Source: Balamuthia mandrillaris | Lineage: Eukaryota | NCBI GenBank assembly: GCA_031835245.2 | Contig: JAVKOQ020000021.1 | Coordinates: 62,001-126,000 of the forward strand | Length of the DNA: 64,000 bases | Reading direction: 5' to 3' | Notes under the pieces: model-generated | Seen by the model: only the letters and a program-made list of their open reading frames with translations | What the model was told of the DNA's origin: nothing | The model's database searches: none | Part shown: piece by piece, positions 13,250 through 24,680 of the stretch | Position numbering within the stretch: the stretch's first letter is position 1 | Layout: each line of letters begins with the position of its first letter | Position numbers and translations under genes: made by a program

Positions 13250-14130
13250 CCTCGTTGTGTCTCTGCTTTTACTGATATGTGTTTCTGATATTAAAAACAG
13301 CATATCCAACTCGCTCAATCTGGGCGTAAGTTTGTGGAAGAAGGCTCGTTGACGGTTGCTTTGGATAAGCTCAGCAATCCAAAACACAAGCGCTATACTT
13401 TCTTGTTCTCCGACTTGCTTTTGTTGACGAAGAAGCAAAAGCAAAAGAGCGGTCATTATAAGTTGGAGACTAAGATCAACCTTTATGATGCCATGCTTCG
13501 TGATATTGACTCGGAAGAAGTACCAGGTTTTGTCCACATCTTTATTCTCTTCCTTCTTCCTTTCTCCTTCTTCCTTCTTCCTTCTTCCTTTTATCGGTAC
13601 TTCTTGCTAAACAAAACCAACCAGAACTCGTTGGCAACAAAACGACCTTTAGGCTGGACACACCGCTCGGAAAGTTCTACTTGAGCGCAAAGAGTCCGAC
13701 TGACAAGAACCGATGGACCACCCTTTTGCGCGACAGCACCGAAATACGAGTAGAAAAGAACAAAGGTTTGTGAGCTTTTGTGTATGCGTGTATGTGCATA
13801 TTTCTAGGTTGTAAAAACGCACTAACTAATAAACTGTAACGCCAGTCTTTGGAAGACCGATAGAAGAGGTATTACAAAATGACGCCAACTCCGCGCCTCA
13901 GGGAACCAAGGTCATAGTGCCCAGGGTGCTCGAGATGTGCGTCAATTACCTGACCAAAGGTACCACTTCTTCCTAAGGATCGTTGGTTTGTTTTAACTCA
14001 CGCCTTTTTGCACCACCTCTATAGTGATCGAAACAGAGGGAATATTTCGGGTGGCTTGTGTGAACTCTTTGCTCCTCTCATTGAAAGCCCAAATAGATAC
14101 AAACATTGGTACTGCTTACTTGCTTGCTTG

Positions 14131-14173
<43 letters not shown>

Positions 14174-14854
14174 ACTCACTTTTTCCAACACAAATAAACA
14201 AAGATGAAACTGATTTGGATGCAGTGGAAGACCCACATGCCATTTCCAGCCTCCTTAAATGCTATCTGCGCGAGGTTATAGCTTTCCTTCTTCTCCTGGC
14301 AACTTGTTCTTCTGTTTCTCATTCTCTCTCTCTCTTTTTTGGCTGTCTTCTGTTTGCCTGACTTGTCGCTGTTCAGCTGCCAGAACCATTGCTCACATTT
14401 GAGTTCTATGAGAAAGTCATTCTTCCTGATTGTAATGTTCTCTCCCTCCTTTGAAGTTGTTGTTTCTTCTTGTTTCATTGTTTGCTTCCCTCTCTTTTTC
14501 TGGTTCTCTTTGTTTCTATATGCTTATGGTTTTTTCAACTTCAGTAATCTCCGAAGAAACGGACAGCAAGCAACAACTAAGCATACTGGTGCCATACCTT
14601 CGTCAAGTTCCAGCCGCCCAAATTCAGGTGCTCAATTATCTGCTCAAGTTCTTGGACAAAGTCGTGGAGCACTCTCACGTCAACAAGATGACTGCCTACA
14701 ACCTCGCCATCATCTTTGGACCTTCTTTACTCCGACCAAGACAAGACACCATCGATACTTCGTTGAAGAGCCCTCGCGTTAATGCCGTTATACAAACTCT
14801 TATAGAGCATCAAGATGTTCTACTTAAGGTCTCTCTCTCTCACTCTTTCTTTTT

Positions 14855-14909
<55 letters not shown>

Positions 14910-15016
14910 TGATCTACCTATTTCATTTGCTTTCGAGGTACTTACTCTTTCTTTTTGTTTATCAGTTGCAAGAGTCTGATGAACTTGTGGCTGGTGTAGG
15001 CTGGTCCCTAAACTAA
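10590..15016 (+). CDS. RhoGEF(DH)-PH-RhoGAP protein, multi-exon
   Basis: DH: ELVRTEKQF..FGNI..FAVYKDYVNNF..LIGIPLNRI; PH: FVEEGSL..RYTFLFSDLLLLTK; GAP: EGIFRV (Arg finger), SLLKCYLRELPEPL, NKMTAYNLAIIFGPSLL. Confidence 0.85.
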
Positions 15017-15049
15017 ACATCATGCGTTTCTTCGCGTTCGGTTACATTC

Positions 15050-15331
15050 GTCGTCTTCTTGTTGTTCTTCTTGTTGTTCTTCTTGTTGTTCTTCTTCTCC
15101 TCCTCCTCCTTGTTCTTTTTGTTCTTCTTGTTCTTCTTCTTGTTCTTCTTCTTGTTCTTCTTCTTCCTCTTCTTCTTGTTCTTGTTCTTCTTCTTTCTTC
15201 TTCTTCTTCTTCTTCTTGTTCTTGTTGTTGTTCTTCTTCTGCTTCTTCTTGTTCTTCTTCTTGTTCTTCTTCTTGTTCTTCTTGTTCTTCTTCTTCTTCT
15301 TCTTCTTCTTCTTCTTCTTCTTCTTCTTCTT
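15050..15331. repeat. Compound (TTC)n/(TTCTTG)n microsatellite between convergent genes
   Basis: Directly visible tandem repeat. Confidence 0.95.
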
Positions 15332-15384
15332 CGCGTTCACAAACAACAGAAAAGGTCCTGTTATTTATTGTTTTGTTTGTTATT

Positions 15385-16764
15385 TTATATTATACAATTG
15401 AATTTTTTCAGACATCGTTTGCCACAGCAATGCACCTCCCACCACAACCTCATGTTCCCATCCCAATGCCATCGCACCCACTTTCTGTTCTTCTGGTGCT
15501 CTACATAGTGACGCTCACACACGTCGCATCTCCTTCTGTACCTTGCGATTTTTGCAAGCACTTCCTCTGGTAGCAAGGCCCATTGTGGGTCCGTTTCCTG
15601 CTGTTCTCCCACTTTTCGTTCCTCTCTTGGAAGAAAAGAAAAGGTCAGCGGTCCCAATGGTTGCAATGCCACAAAGTTCCTCCTCACAACCACATCCGCA
15701 CATAACCAAAACAACCTCAGGACGTGCCTCTTCTCCGCTTCCTTTCTTTCATTTTCCTCTTTTTGTTTGCACTCATAGTGCTGCCTCCACTTGGAGTCAG
15801 GAGGACTGGCTAAAGGCATGTCTACACCGAACTGGTGGATGAAAGGTTTGAAAGCTGCGTACAGCTGCGGCGGCAATCCCATCAGCCGAAAGTTTTCCTT
15901 GAGATTGCACCTCCTCAGTGCTGTCAGCCTTGCAAACTCCTGTGGGAGGGCTTGAAGCTGGTTTGTTGAGAGGTTACATGACGACAAGCACCCTAAGTTG
16001 CCGAACGCCTTGGGTAAGGCAGTCAAGTTGTTGTCGGAAAGGTCCAGCACGGTGAGAGAGGGGAGGTGCAAGCCGAACTGCTGAGGCAGAGATGTCAGCT
16101 GATTGTGGTGAAGCGAAAGCTCAACCAGAGAGGATAACTCGCAGAGCGCCTTTGGCAGTTTAGAGAACCGGTTGTGGTGAAGGTGAAGGGAAGCAAGAGA
16201 AGAAGCAAGCTTGCCCATCGTCTTTGGCAGAGCGGACAGCTGGTTGTGTTGCAGATAGCACTTGGTGAGGTTGTGCAGCTGGCCGAACTCCTGAGGCAAG
16301 CATGCGAGCTGGTTGTTGGAGAGCTCACAGATCGTGAGAGCAGACAGTCGACCAAACTCCGCTGGCAAGCTCGTCAGCTGGTTGTAGTGAAAGTAGCAAG
16401 CAGTGAGCTTTGTCAGCTGGCCAAACTCCTTGGGCAGGGAGGACAGCTCATTGAAGCCAAAGAAGCACTTGATGAGGTTGGTCAGCCGGCCCAACTCTGG
16501 CGGCAAGCTTCTCAGCTGGTTTCTTGTGAAGTTGCACTCGGTCAGTGAGGTCAAGCAGCTGAGCACATGGGGCTGCAGTTCCGTCAGTTGGTTCCTGAAG
16601 GCATCCAGCTCCACCAACGCTGGGCCCTGGGTTCCAACCGATAGTTCGTCGGGCAACTGCCTGAGCATGCAGTCATTCAGATCCAAGCACGTGGGCTGTG
16701 GTGGAAGGGAGGGTGTCCGATGGCTCGCTGCCTCTTCCTGCTGGGCATCCTCCTGTTGTTGCAT
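15385..16764 (-). CDS. Leucine-rich-repeat protein (23-aa LRRs) with C-terminal BC-box-like/LPEEV/Cys-cluster module; intronless
   Basis: About 12 LxxLxxCxLxxNQLxxLPxEFGxL repeats; tail LRLFWLCADVV..LLPEEV..RRCDVC..WWEVHCCGKRC shared with 51359-53272; likely start MQQQED. Confidence 0.85.
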   Translation of the reverse strand: MQQQEDAQQEEAASHRTPSLPPQPTCLDLNDCMLRQLPDELSVGTQGPALVELDAFRNQLTELQPHVLSCLTSLTECNFTRNQLRSLPPELGRLTNLIKCFFGFNELSSLPKEFGQLTKLTACYFHYNQLTSLPAEFGRLSALTICELSNNQLACLPQEFGQLHNLTKCYLQHNQLSALPKTMGKLASSLASLHLHHNRFSKLPKALCELSSLVELSLHHNQLTSLPQQFGLHLPSLTVLDLSDNNLTALPKAFGNLGCLSSCNLSTNQLQALPQEFARLTALRRCNLKENFRLMGLPPQLYAAFKPFIHQFGVDMPLASPPDSKWRQHYECKQKEENERKEAEKRHVLRLFWLCADVVVRRNFVALQPLGPLTFSFLPREERKVGEQQETDPQWALLPEEVLAKIARYRRRCDVCERHYVEHQKNRKWVRWHWDGNMRLWWEVHCCGKRCLKKFNCII

Positions 16765-16995
16765 GCAAACCTGCTTTCTTCCTTTTTTTCTCTCTCTCTT
16801 CTTTTTTTGCTGGCTTCTGCAAATTGGGAAAGTGACACTATAGTGGATGTAATGCCTTTGAGGAAGAAGAAAGAAGAAAAAGTGAAAACTCCACTCCTTC
16901 TTTTTTCTGTTTTTTTGTTGTTGAAAAATATGTTTTACAAGTGTGTTCAAACCGACCGCCCCCCTCCCAAACTCCAACTCCAACACCAACATGCC

Positions 16996-18396
16996 TCAGC
17001 CACGCCACCAACGCTTCAGCATGGCGGTGGCCGAGTTCCCACCCTCTGCCTTCTTCGCCGGCCTGCCTCCCTCTGTGCCTTCTTCTTTGGGCGGTTGCCC
17101 TGGGTTCTTCTTTGGCTGTTGACTCGCTTTTTGTTGCTTCTTTTCTTCCTCGTCACTATCCGAGTGTGAAAACTGCAACATCGCCTGCTCCAAGGCTTGA
17201 TGGGCTTCCTGCACTCCTGCCATTCTCCAATTCTTGTTGTTCTTTCTTGTTGCGCTTTGTTCCGGTGTTTCTCCAGAGTCAGAGTCAGAGTCAGAGTCAG
17301 AAGAAGATGAAGCTGAGGAAGAAGAGCAAGATGAAGAGGCAGACGAAGAAGAAGCAGAAGGAGGAGAGTCAGAAGAGGAATCCGCGTCGGAATCGGAATG
17401 GGAAAGCTGCAATGAGCTTTCAAGAAGCAGATGGGCTTCTTGCATGGCATCTTCTCTCCAGTTGGGGTTTGCTCTGGCTTGCTGTTTATTACGTTTGCTG
17501 CTTTCATCATCCGAAGAAGAAGAATCAGAGGAAGAAGACTCAGACGAAGAAGCTGAAGCTGATGATGAGGCGGCAGAAGAAGACTCCTCTTCAGAGGCTG
17601 AAGAAGAGTCAGCGGCGCCGTGTGCGGCTTCTCCCCTCTTTCGACGCCTTCGTCGAGAACTTTGTGAACTCGAGTTTCCCAACCTGTTCCTGCTTTGGTG
17701 CCGTTGCGGCTGTTGTTGTCGTTGTCGTTGTTTCCTCGTTTCCACCAAAGAAGAGGAAGAAGAACGACGTTGCTGCTGTAGTTGTTGGTGCTGTTGGCGT
17801 TGCCTCTGTTTTTGTTGGTTGGCCAAGACTTGGTTTCTCTCCCGTTCGGACTGCAGGCGAAGCCCGTGACGAAAGGAATAGCTGATGGGGCTGCCGGCCG
17901 CTCCGTCCCACCCTCCTCCTTCCCCGTTGTTATTGTTCGCGTCGTCCTCGTCCTCGCTGGAGAGATAGACCGTCACTTGTTCGTCGCTGTCCTCGCTGTT
18001 GGTGTTGTTGCTATGTTGGCGCTGGTGCATGTGCTGGTGTTGAGAGTGAGAGAAGAAAGGAGAGGAAGAGAGGGAAGAAGGTGAATGGAAAAAGTTGAAG
18101 CGAGCAGCGGTCGATGAGGAAGAAGAAGGCGCCTTTTTCACGTAACGCTCTGAAACGTGACGGCGACTGTTTTTCTTCTGCCTTTGAAGGTTGCTCTCTC
18201 CTCTGGCGGAGGAGGAGGAGGAGGCGGAACCTCTCGCTCGCTCCGCGAGCGGCGTGCTTGCAGCCAGGCCGACGGCCTTGCCGCCGCTGCCCTCGTGGTC
18301 GGTTTGGCAGCCCCGCTCTTTGAGCAGCCGACGTCGCGCCCTCCTCTCTTTGCGAACCTTATGGTCCTCCTCCAACAAAATTTGGTACCAATCCAT
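16996..18396 (-). CDS. Low-complexity Ser/Gln/acidic hypothetical protein
   Basis: Long open frame from MDWYQILL; internal duplicated motif NWR..(M/V)QEAH..LE...Q.SHSDSD. Confidence 0.55.
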   Translation of the reverse strand: MDWYQILLEEDHKVRKERRARRRLLKERGCQTDHEGSGGKAVGLAASTPLAERARGSASSSSSARGESNLQRQKKNSRRHVSERYVKKAPSSSSSTAARFNFFHSPSSLSSSPFFSHSQHQHMHQRQHSNNTNSEDSDEQVTVYLSSEDEDDANNNNGEGGGWDGAAGSPISYSFRHGLRLQSERERNQVLANQQKQRQRQQHQQLQQQRRSSSSSLVETRKQRQRQQQPQRHQSRNRLGNSSSQSSRRRRRKRGEAAHGAADSSSASEEESSSAASSSASASSSESSSSDSSSSDDESSKRNKQQARANPNWREDAMQEAHLLLESSLQLSHSDSDADSSSDSPPSASSSSASSSCSSSSASSSSDSDSDSDSGETPEQSATRKNNKNWRMAGVQEAHQALEQAMLQFSHSDSDEEEKKQQKASQQPKKNPGQPPKEEGTEGGRPAKKAEGGNSATAMLKRWWRG

Positions 18397-18859
18397 CCCC
18401 CCAAGGCCCTCCCAGGGAACAAAAACAGGAGAGCCGAACAACAAAAGAAAAAAAAAAAAAAGAGGTCACCGAGCTTTTTTTTCTACAGTTTGTTTCCTGC
18501 TCTCCAAACCAAAAAAAAAAAAGATGGATGGAATAAAGGGGGGCTGACAGTAAGTTTCGTTCGTTGGGAGAGGAGAGAACCAAACGGCTTCTTCTTCTTC
18601 TTCGCCGCCTTCTTTCTTTTTTGTCCCCTTTTTTTTTATTTTTCTTTTTTTGTTGTCCGTTAGATCCGCCTCACGCGGGATCGATTCCCGTTCACCACCA
18701 ACTGGTTTTTTTTAAATTTGGACCTCCAATTGCAAATCAAACATTACCGAGATGAATTCCATCCAATCCCAAATCAAAATAAAATTTGTCGACAATTTAA
18801 TTAATCAAATTTTTTCTTCGAAAAGGAAAAAAAAAGAAAAGAAAAAAAGTTACGAAAAG

Positions 18860-19681
18860 ATGAAAAGATTAGGATTGAGTTGGACCCTGTTGATCGCGGC
18901 GGCCTTCCTCTCCACCACCTCCTTTGTTGGCGGGAAGCTCGCACGAGGGGGAGCCTCAAACCTTCAGTTCAGGGACGAGGGCCACGGCGTGCTCACCTTC
19001 AAGATCGCCCAATTCGCGGACCTCCACTTTGGGGAAGGGGAGCGGACCTCGTGGGGACCCCTCCAGGACGTCAACTCCACGCGGGTCATGCGGAACGTGC
19101 TTCAGGCCGAGCGCCCTGACTTTGTGGTGTTCTCCGGCGATCAGGTCACGGGCAACAATATCCACGACAACGCCACTGTGTATTGGGGGCAAGCCCTTAA
19201 GCCCGTCCTCGAGGCTGGTTCGTTGTTGTTCTTCTTCTTGTTCTTCTTCTTCTTTCTTCTTGTTCTTCTTCTTCTTTCTTCTTTCTCCTTCTCCTCCTCT
19301 TCCTTCTCCTCCTCTCCTTCCTTCCTTCCTTCTTTCTTCTCCCTTCCTTTCTCCTTCTTGCATCTTCATTCTTCCTCCCTTCTTTCGCTCATACTCGAAC
19401 CAAAAGGTTATCGTTGGTCGATAGTATTTGGCAACCACGACGACCTGGCGGATGGCACGAACGGCCATCGAGAGGACCTCCTCAAGTTCGACACCAGCTT
19501 TACCAATTCGTACTCCCAGTTCGGCCCACGGGACATTCATGGCTTGAGCAACTATTATCTCGCCATTTATCCTCCTTCATCTGACGAGTTGCCACCGGTG
19601 CCTTTGAGCTTGCTTTACTTTTTGGATAGTGGCGGTGGCACCATACCTGAAATTGTTTATCCTGATCAGGTTTCTCTCACC

Positions 19682-19720
<39 letters not shown>

Positions 19721-20484
19721 CTCCTTTCTTTTGTGTTCTGAACTTTTCTAACTCCCGTTGTTCTATTCTCACTTTTGTCATCCTTCCCCCTTTCATTTTC
19801 TTGTTCGTTTATCAAGGTGGAATGGTACATAAAAACTTCGGCAATGCTACAGTCTTCTTACGGTAAAGCGTTACCATCGCTTGCCTTCTTTCACATCCCG
19901 ACAGAACAATACGTGAATGCGTTCAACCCCCAAGTTTGTTTTGGGGTGCAGCAAGATGACATCGCTCCTCAGCAAAGCAGTAATGGTTTGCTGGATGCTT
20001 TTCAAAAGATGGGAGATGTGAAGGCTTCTTTTGTTGGGCACAATCATGGCAACGATTGGTTTGCTGTTTTCTCATTCTTACTGCTTCTGTCTTTTAGTTA
20101 TTGCTTTCGCTTCTTCTGCTTCTTCCTCTTGTTCTCGTGCTTCTCTATTCTTGTTCTTCTTCCTCTTCTTCCATATTTCTCTTTCTGCTTCTTTCTTCTC
20201 TCTTTCTTTTCCTCCTCTTCTCCTCTGTTCTCGTTCTCTGATTCTCTTCGCTTTGCTTCTTTACTGTTTACAAAAACAAACAAAGGTGTTGCCCAACAAA
20301 ACAAAGCATAAAGATATGTTATGGGAGACATACGGGATACGGCGGTTATGGCGCGTGGGCGCGTGGCTCCAGGATCATTCAGGTACAGATAGAGAAGAGC
20401 AGCGGAGCGTGGAAAGTTCAAAGCTGGGTTCGTATGGAGGATGGAACCGTGGTGGATGGTGGCACCATCGCTGCTACTCCTTGA
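18860..20484 (+). CDS. Calcineurin-like metallophosphoesterase, DCR2/PAP16-like, with signal peptide
   Basis: FKIAQFADLHFGE, PDFVVFSGDQ, FGNHDD, YFLDSGGG, AFFHIP, GHNHGNDW, CYGRHTGYGGYG; three introns. Confidence 0.9.
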
Positions 20485-20633
20485 TTGTAGAAAAAGAAAG
20501 AGAGAAGAGGGGAGGAGAGAAGAGGGGTAGATAGAGGCTGACACAACAAAAGCATCTACAAAAGATACATATCGATTCAAACATCTAAAGTAAACACTTA
20601 CTTGGGGGTGCGCTTCTGCTTCCTTCTTTTGCT

Positions 20634-21053
20634 TTACTGCTTATTGACAAGCCTCAAGACCTCATCCACCATCTTTCCAATGCCCTCAAAGACTTCATAG
20701 GGGGTGGCATCTCCAAACATGTACGCTGGCGTGGTGACCACTTTGTTCTTCTCGTCCACCAACACCTCGTCCACATTCTTCTCCACCGCCTCTCCTCCCA
20801 TCTGTGCGATCGCCTCGTTGACGTTCTTGTTGCCGCGGCCAAGAGTGACCCTCACGCCGGGGATGACCTTGGCGGCGAGCACGGGAGCGATGCAGCAGAG
20901 GCCGATGGGCTTTTGGGCGGAGTGGAACTCCTTGAGCACGTCTTCGACGTCTCCTTGCACAGTCATGTTGGAGCCATCTTTGGCGAAGCTGCATAAGTTC
21001 TTGGCTGCGCCGAAACTTTTTTTTTCAGTGCAACAAAAGTGAAATGGTGAGAC

Positions 21054-21084
<31 letters not shown>

Positions 21085-21864
21085 AAGAAGAAGAAGAAGA
21101 AGAAGAAGAAGAAGAAGAAGAAGAAGAAGAAGAAGAAGAAGAAGAAGAAGAAGAAGAAGAAGAAGAAGAACAAGAACAAGAAGAACAGAACAAGAACAAG
21201 AAGAACAAGAAGAAGAAGAAGAAGAAGAACAAGAAGAACAAGAAGAACAAGAACAAGAAGAAGAACAAGAAGAAGAAGAAGAAGAAGAACAAGAAGAAGA
21301 ACAAGAATAACAAGAACAAGAACAAGAACAAGAACAAGAACAAGAACAAGAACAAGAACAAGAACAAGAAACTAGAAACTAGAAACACGAAACAAGAACA
21401 AGAAGGAGAGCAAGGTACCCGCCAGGAAAGATGACAGCATCTTGCTCTTCGCCGAGTAGTCGATGCAAGTTCCTGATTTGACCACGGCTGATGCGAGCGG
21501 CCTCGTCCAGCACGTTGCGCAGCTCATGTGTTAGGTGGTCTACAGAGACGGCGGAAAAACAGTAGTGAGAAGCAGAACGGAGGGAAGCCAGAAGAAAGGA
21601 GCATATTACGCAAATGAGAGAGGCAGAGGAGAGGCAGAGGAGAGAAGGAGAAGAACAAACCGTCTCCATGGTTGAATGCGTTGAAAGAGATGTTAGGAGC
21701 GTAGCAGGTGGTCTCAGCGCCGTGCCTGCTCAAATGGAGGAGCACGGAGACGGCCTCCGTGATCTCGGTCCCATCTTGCACGCCACAACCGCTCAACACC
21801 ACCGCCACTCGCTTTCTTCCCTTCGAACCTTCTGCCTCGGCTTCTTCTGTCTTTTGTGGTTCAA

Positions 21865-21914
<50 letters not shown>

Positions 21915-22102
21915 AGTAAAATGAGATTAAGATTTGATCGATTTTTCACTCGAAAAAAAAAAAAAAGAAGATTGAGTACTACAGCGTAGAAACGAAAGGG
22001 GCCAGCAGCAAAGAAAGGAGAGCCAAGGGTGCTTCTTGGAAGTTGGTGGTGGAGGCGACCAACGCCACCCGCCGCACGAAGAAGTGGAGATCTTCCCAAC
22101 AT
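20634..22102 (-). CDS. GATD3: ES1/ElbB-like (GATD3) DJ-1/class I glutamine amidotransferase-like protein with mitochondrial-type presequence
   Basis: [65 protein letters not shown]; Arg-rich, acid-free N-terminus. Confidence 0.9.
21055..21400. repeat. (AAG)n/(AAGAAC)n microsatellite inside a GATD3 intron
   Basis: Directly visible. Confidence 0.95.
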
Positions 22103-22540
22103 TTTTTTGTTTTAATGTTTTTATTTTTTATTTTTTTGAATAGAATCGATAGAGGTTCTTATACATAAAAATATTGTCTGTTTTCTTCCCATTCCGTGCA
22201 ATGAAACTTGTCTAGTACAAGGTTCATCGAAGACCAATGCGAATTAAGTGAAAATCGGCATGTTTCGATGTGAAATTTCGATCAATATGAATAGTAATCC
22301 GAACCCTCGTGTCGTTCAAAATTGAAAACCAATTAATTTTCAAATATATAATTATCTTATATGATTCTTGATTGGGTAATCGGGGGATTAATTATAGAAA
22401 ACCCGAATTACAAAATTGGAATATTCCAGAAACGGAAGCCACTTCACAAAAAAAAAGTAAAACGACAGTTACAAAAAAAAAAGTTTGACAGTTACTTGGG
22501 CTGTGAAAGGGGGAGGAAGAGGGTCGTTCACGTTTCTGGA

Positions 22541-24487
22541 ATGGACAGGACTAGCTTTCATAGACGGTACGCAGTAGACATGACCAAAGCCAGCAAGACC
22601 AATGACGGAGCTTCTGGGGTGGAAGCAAAAGATGGGGACCAACCAGCGACGAAGAAGAACGGTTGGAAGATGTCTCCGCTCTTTTCTGCCAGTTCGGGTG
22701 GACTTCCGCTTCGCCGCAGGAAAAAAGAAGAACGAGCAAAGGAGGAAGAGGACGACCAAGAGGCAGAAGAGGCGTTACACAACAAGAATGCTTGTTTGGT
22801 GCGCATGCAGAGATGCATTTCCCTGAACGGGCTGCAACAGTTTCGAGTGAAGAACTGGCAGGTGAAGGCCTTTCGCATGTGTCTCTCGCTCAGTGGGTAC
22901 AAAGGTAAATATTCTTTTTTTCTTTTTTCTTTTTTCTTTTTTCTTTTTTCTTTTTTTCTTTTTTCTTATTTATTTATTTCTTTTTTTTTTTGTTTTCAGA
23001 GGAGGGCTTTGCCGAAACTTCACGCACAGTCGCTGTCGATGACTACATCCTCTTTCCTTCTTCCTCTTCTTCCTCCACTCCTTCCTCCTCTTCCTCCCCC
23101 TCCTCTCCTTCCTCTCTTTCTCCCAAAACCAAAAGACGAACAGCGGCTCACCTGCGTTACCCCAAGATCGAAAGCAACACGTTGCACCAGCTCCAACTCA
23201 AACAGGTGTTGGGGGAAGGCCTCGGAGGAGTGGTCTACTCCGCCGGTCACTCGCTGTTCCCCGACCTCAAGTTCGCCATCAAAGTTGTTCTCTTGTCTCC
23301 TCCTCCTCCTTCTCCTTCTCAACAACACCATTCGAAAGATGAGGAGAGAGTGAAGAAGATGGAGGAAGCGTTGAAGAGAGAGCATTACATCCTGACAAAG
23401 ATGTTACCGCCTCACCCCAACATTCTCAACATCTGCTCCGACCTCATTCTCACCAAGGAGAGGGCGGGGTACATCATGCCCTATGCAAAAGGAGGAGACC
23501 TCTTTGAGCTGGTGAAGAAACAAGGCAAGCTGGAGATGAGGGAGGCGTGGCGTCTGTTCAGACAGTTGCTGAAGGCAGTCGCCCATTGCCATGCTCATAT
23601 GATTTGCCACCGTGATATCAAACCGGAAAATGTACGTTTCGTCTTTCTTCTTTCTCCGTTCTTCTCTCTTCTTCTGCTTCTTGCATCTTCTTTTTTGCTT
23701 CTTCTTTCATAACAGAACTACTACAAAACAGATCTTTTTGGACGGCAAAGGTAACGCGTTACTGGCAGACTTTGGGCTGGCGACCCGCTGGAATCCCTTC
23801 CGCACAACGAACCACTGCGTGGGCTCCGTGGACTACGCCGCTCCAGAGGTGCTCCACCCGGAGGGGCGATACATCGGCCCCGAGGTGGACGCTTGGTCCT
23901 GCGGTTGCGTGCTCTTCATGATGTTGAAGGGGCACACTCCCTTTGGCGGAGCGTCGGTGAGCGATACCTACCAGAACATCTTGGTGGGGCGGTGCGACCT
24001 CTCTGGCCTTCACCCCGCCATTGCCGACCTTATCAGTCGTTTGCTTTGTGTTGGTATGTCTGTTCGTTTATTGACTTTGTTCACTGCTCTTTTTGCTTTT
24101 TGCTTTTTTGCTTTCTTCTTTCTTCTTTCTTCGTTCTTCGTTCTTCTTTCTTCTTTCTTCATTCTTCTTCTTTTCTCCATTCGCTTATTCTTTTTTTTAA
24201 AAACAATAGATCCTCTTAAGAGAGCGACCATCTACGATGCTCTGCAACACCTGTGGCTCCAACGGGAGCCCGGCCGCTCTCGCCTCCGCTCCTCTCCCTC
24301 TTTGAGCAACTCCTTCTCCGGCAAAATGCGGCGAGAAAGAGGACCACCCACCACCGCCAACAACAACAGCAGCAACTCGTATCACCCGCGGTGCTCAGCA
24401 GCGACAACGACTTCCAAGCTATCCTCTGCATCCACCCTCATCAACAAACGAAGGACGAAGATGAAAGCAGTTGGAGAAGTCTATTGA
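22541..24487 (+). CDS. CAMK/SNF1-like Ser/Thr protein kinase
   Basis: LGEGLGGVV, FAIKV, HPNIL, GGDLF, HRDIKPEN, LADFGLA, GSVDYAAPE, GPEVDAWSCG; three introns. Confidence 0.9.
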
Positions 24488-24680
24488 ACATTTCTTCATT
24501 ATTTGTCTTTTTATTTATTTTCCTTTTATTTATTTTTTTGTACATTTTATTTCCATTATTTTTTTTATAAAAAACAAAACAAACTTTTGCATCTATAAGA
24601 GAGAGAGAGAGAGACAGAGAGACAGAGAGACAGAGAGACAGAGAGACAGAGAGACAGAGAGACAGAGAGAGAAATGCATA

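Noticed and set aside
15020..15573. Poly-K/E/F/L/S ORFs here and at 21044-21388, 27177-27989, 38425-39435 and 55360-55831
   Set aside because: Translations of stop-free microsatellites in introns or intergenic DNA
18370..18396. MDWYQIL resembling a DnaJ domain start
   Set aside because: No HPD motif or J-domain helices follow
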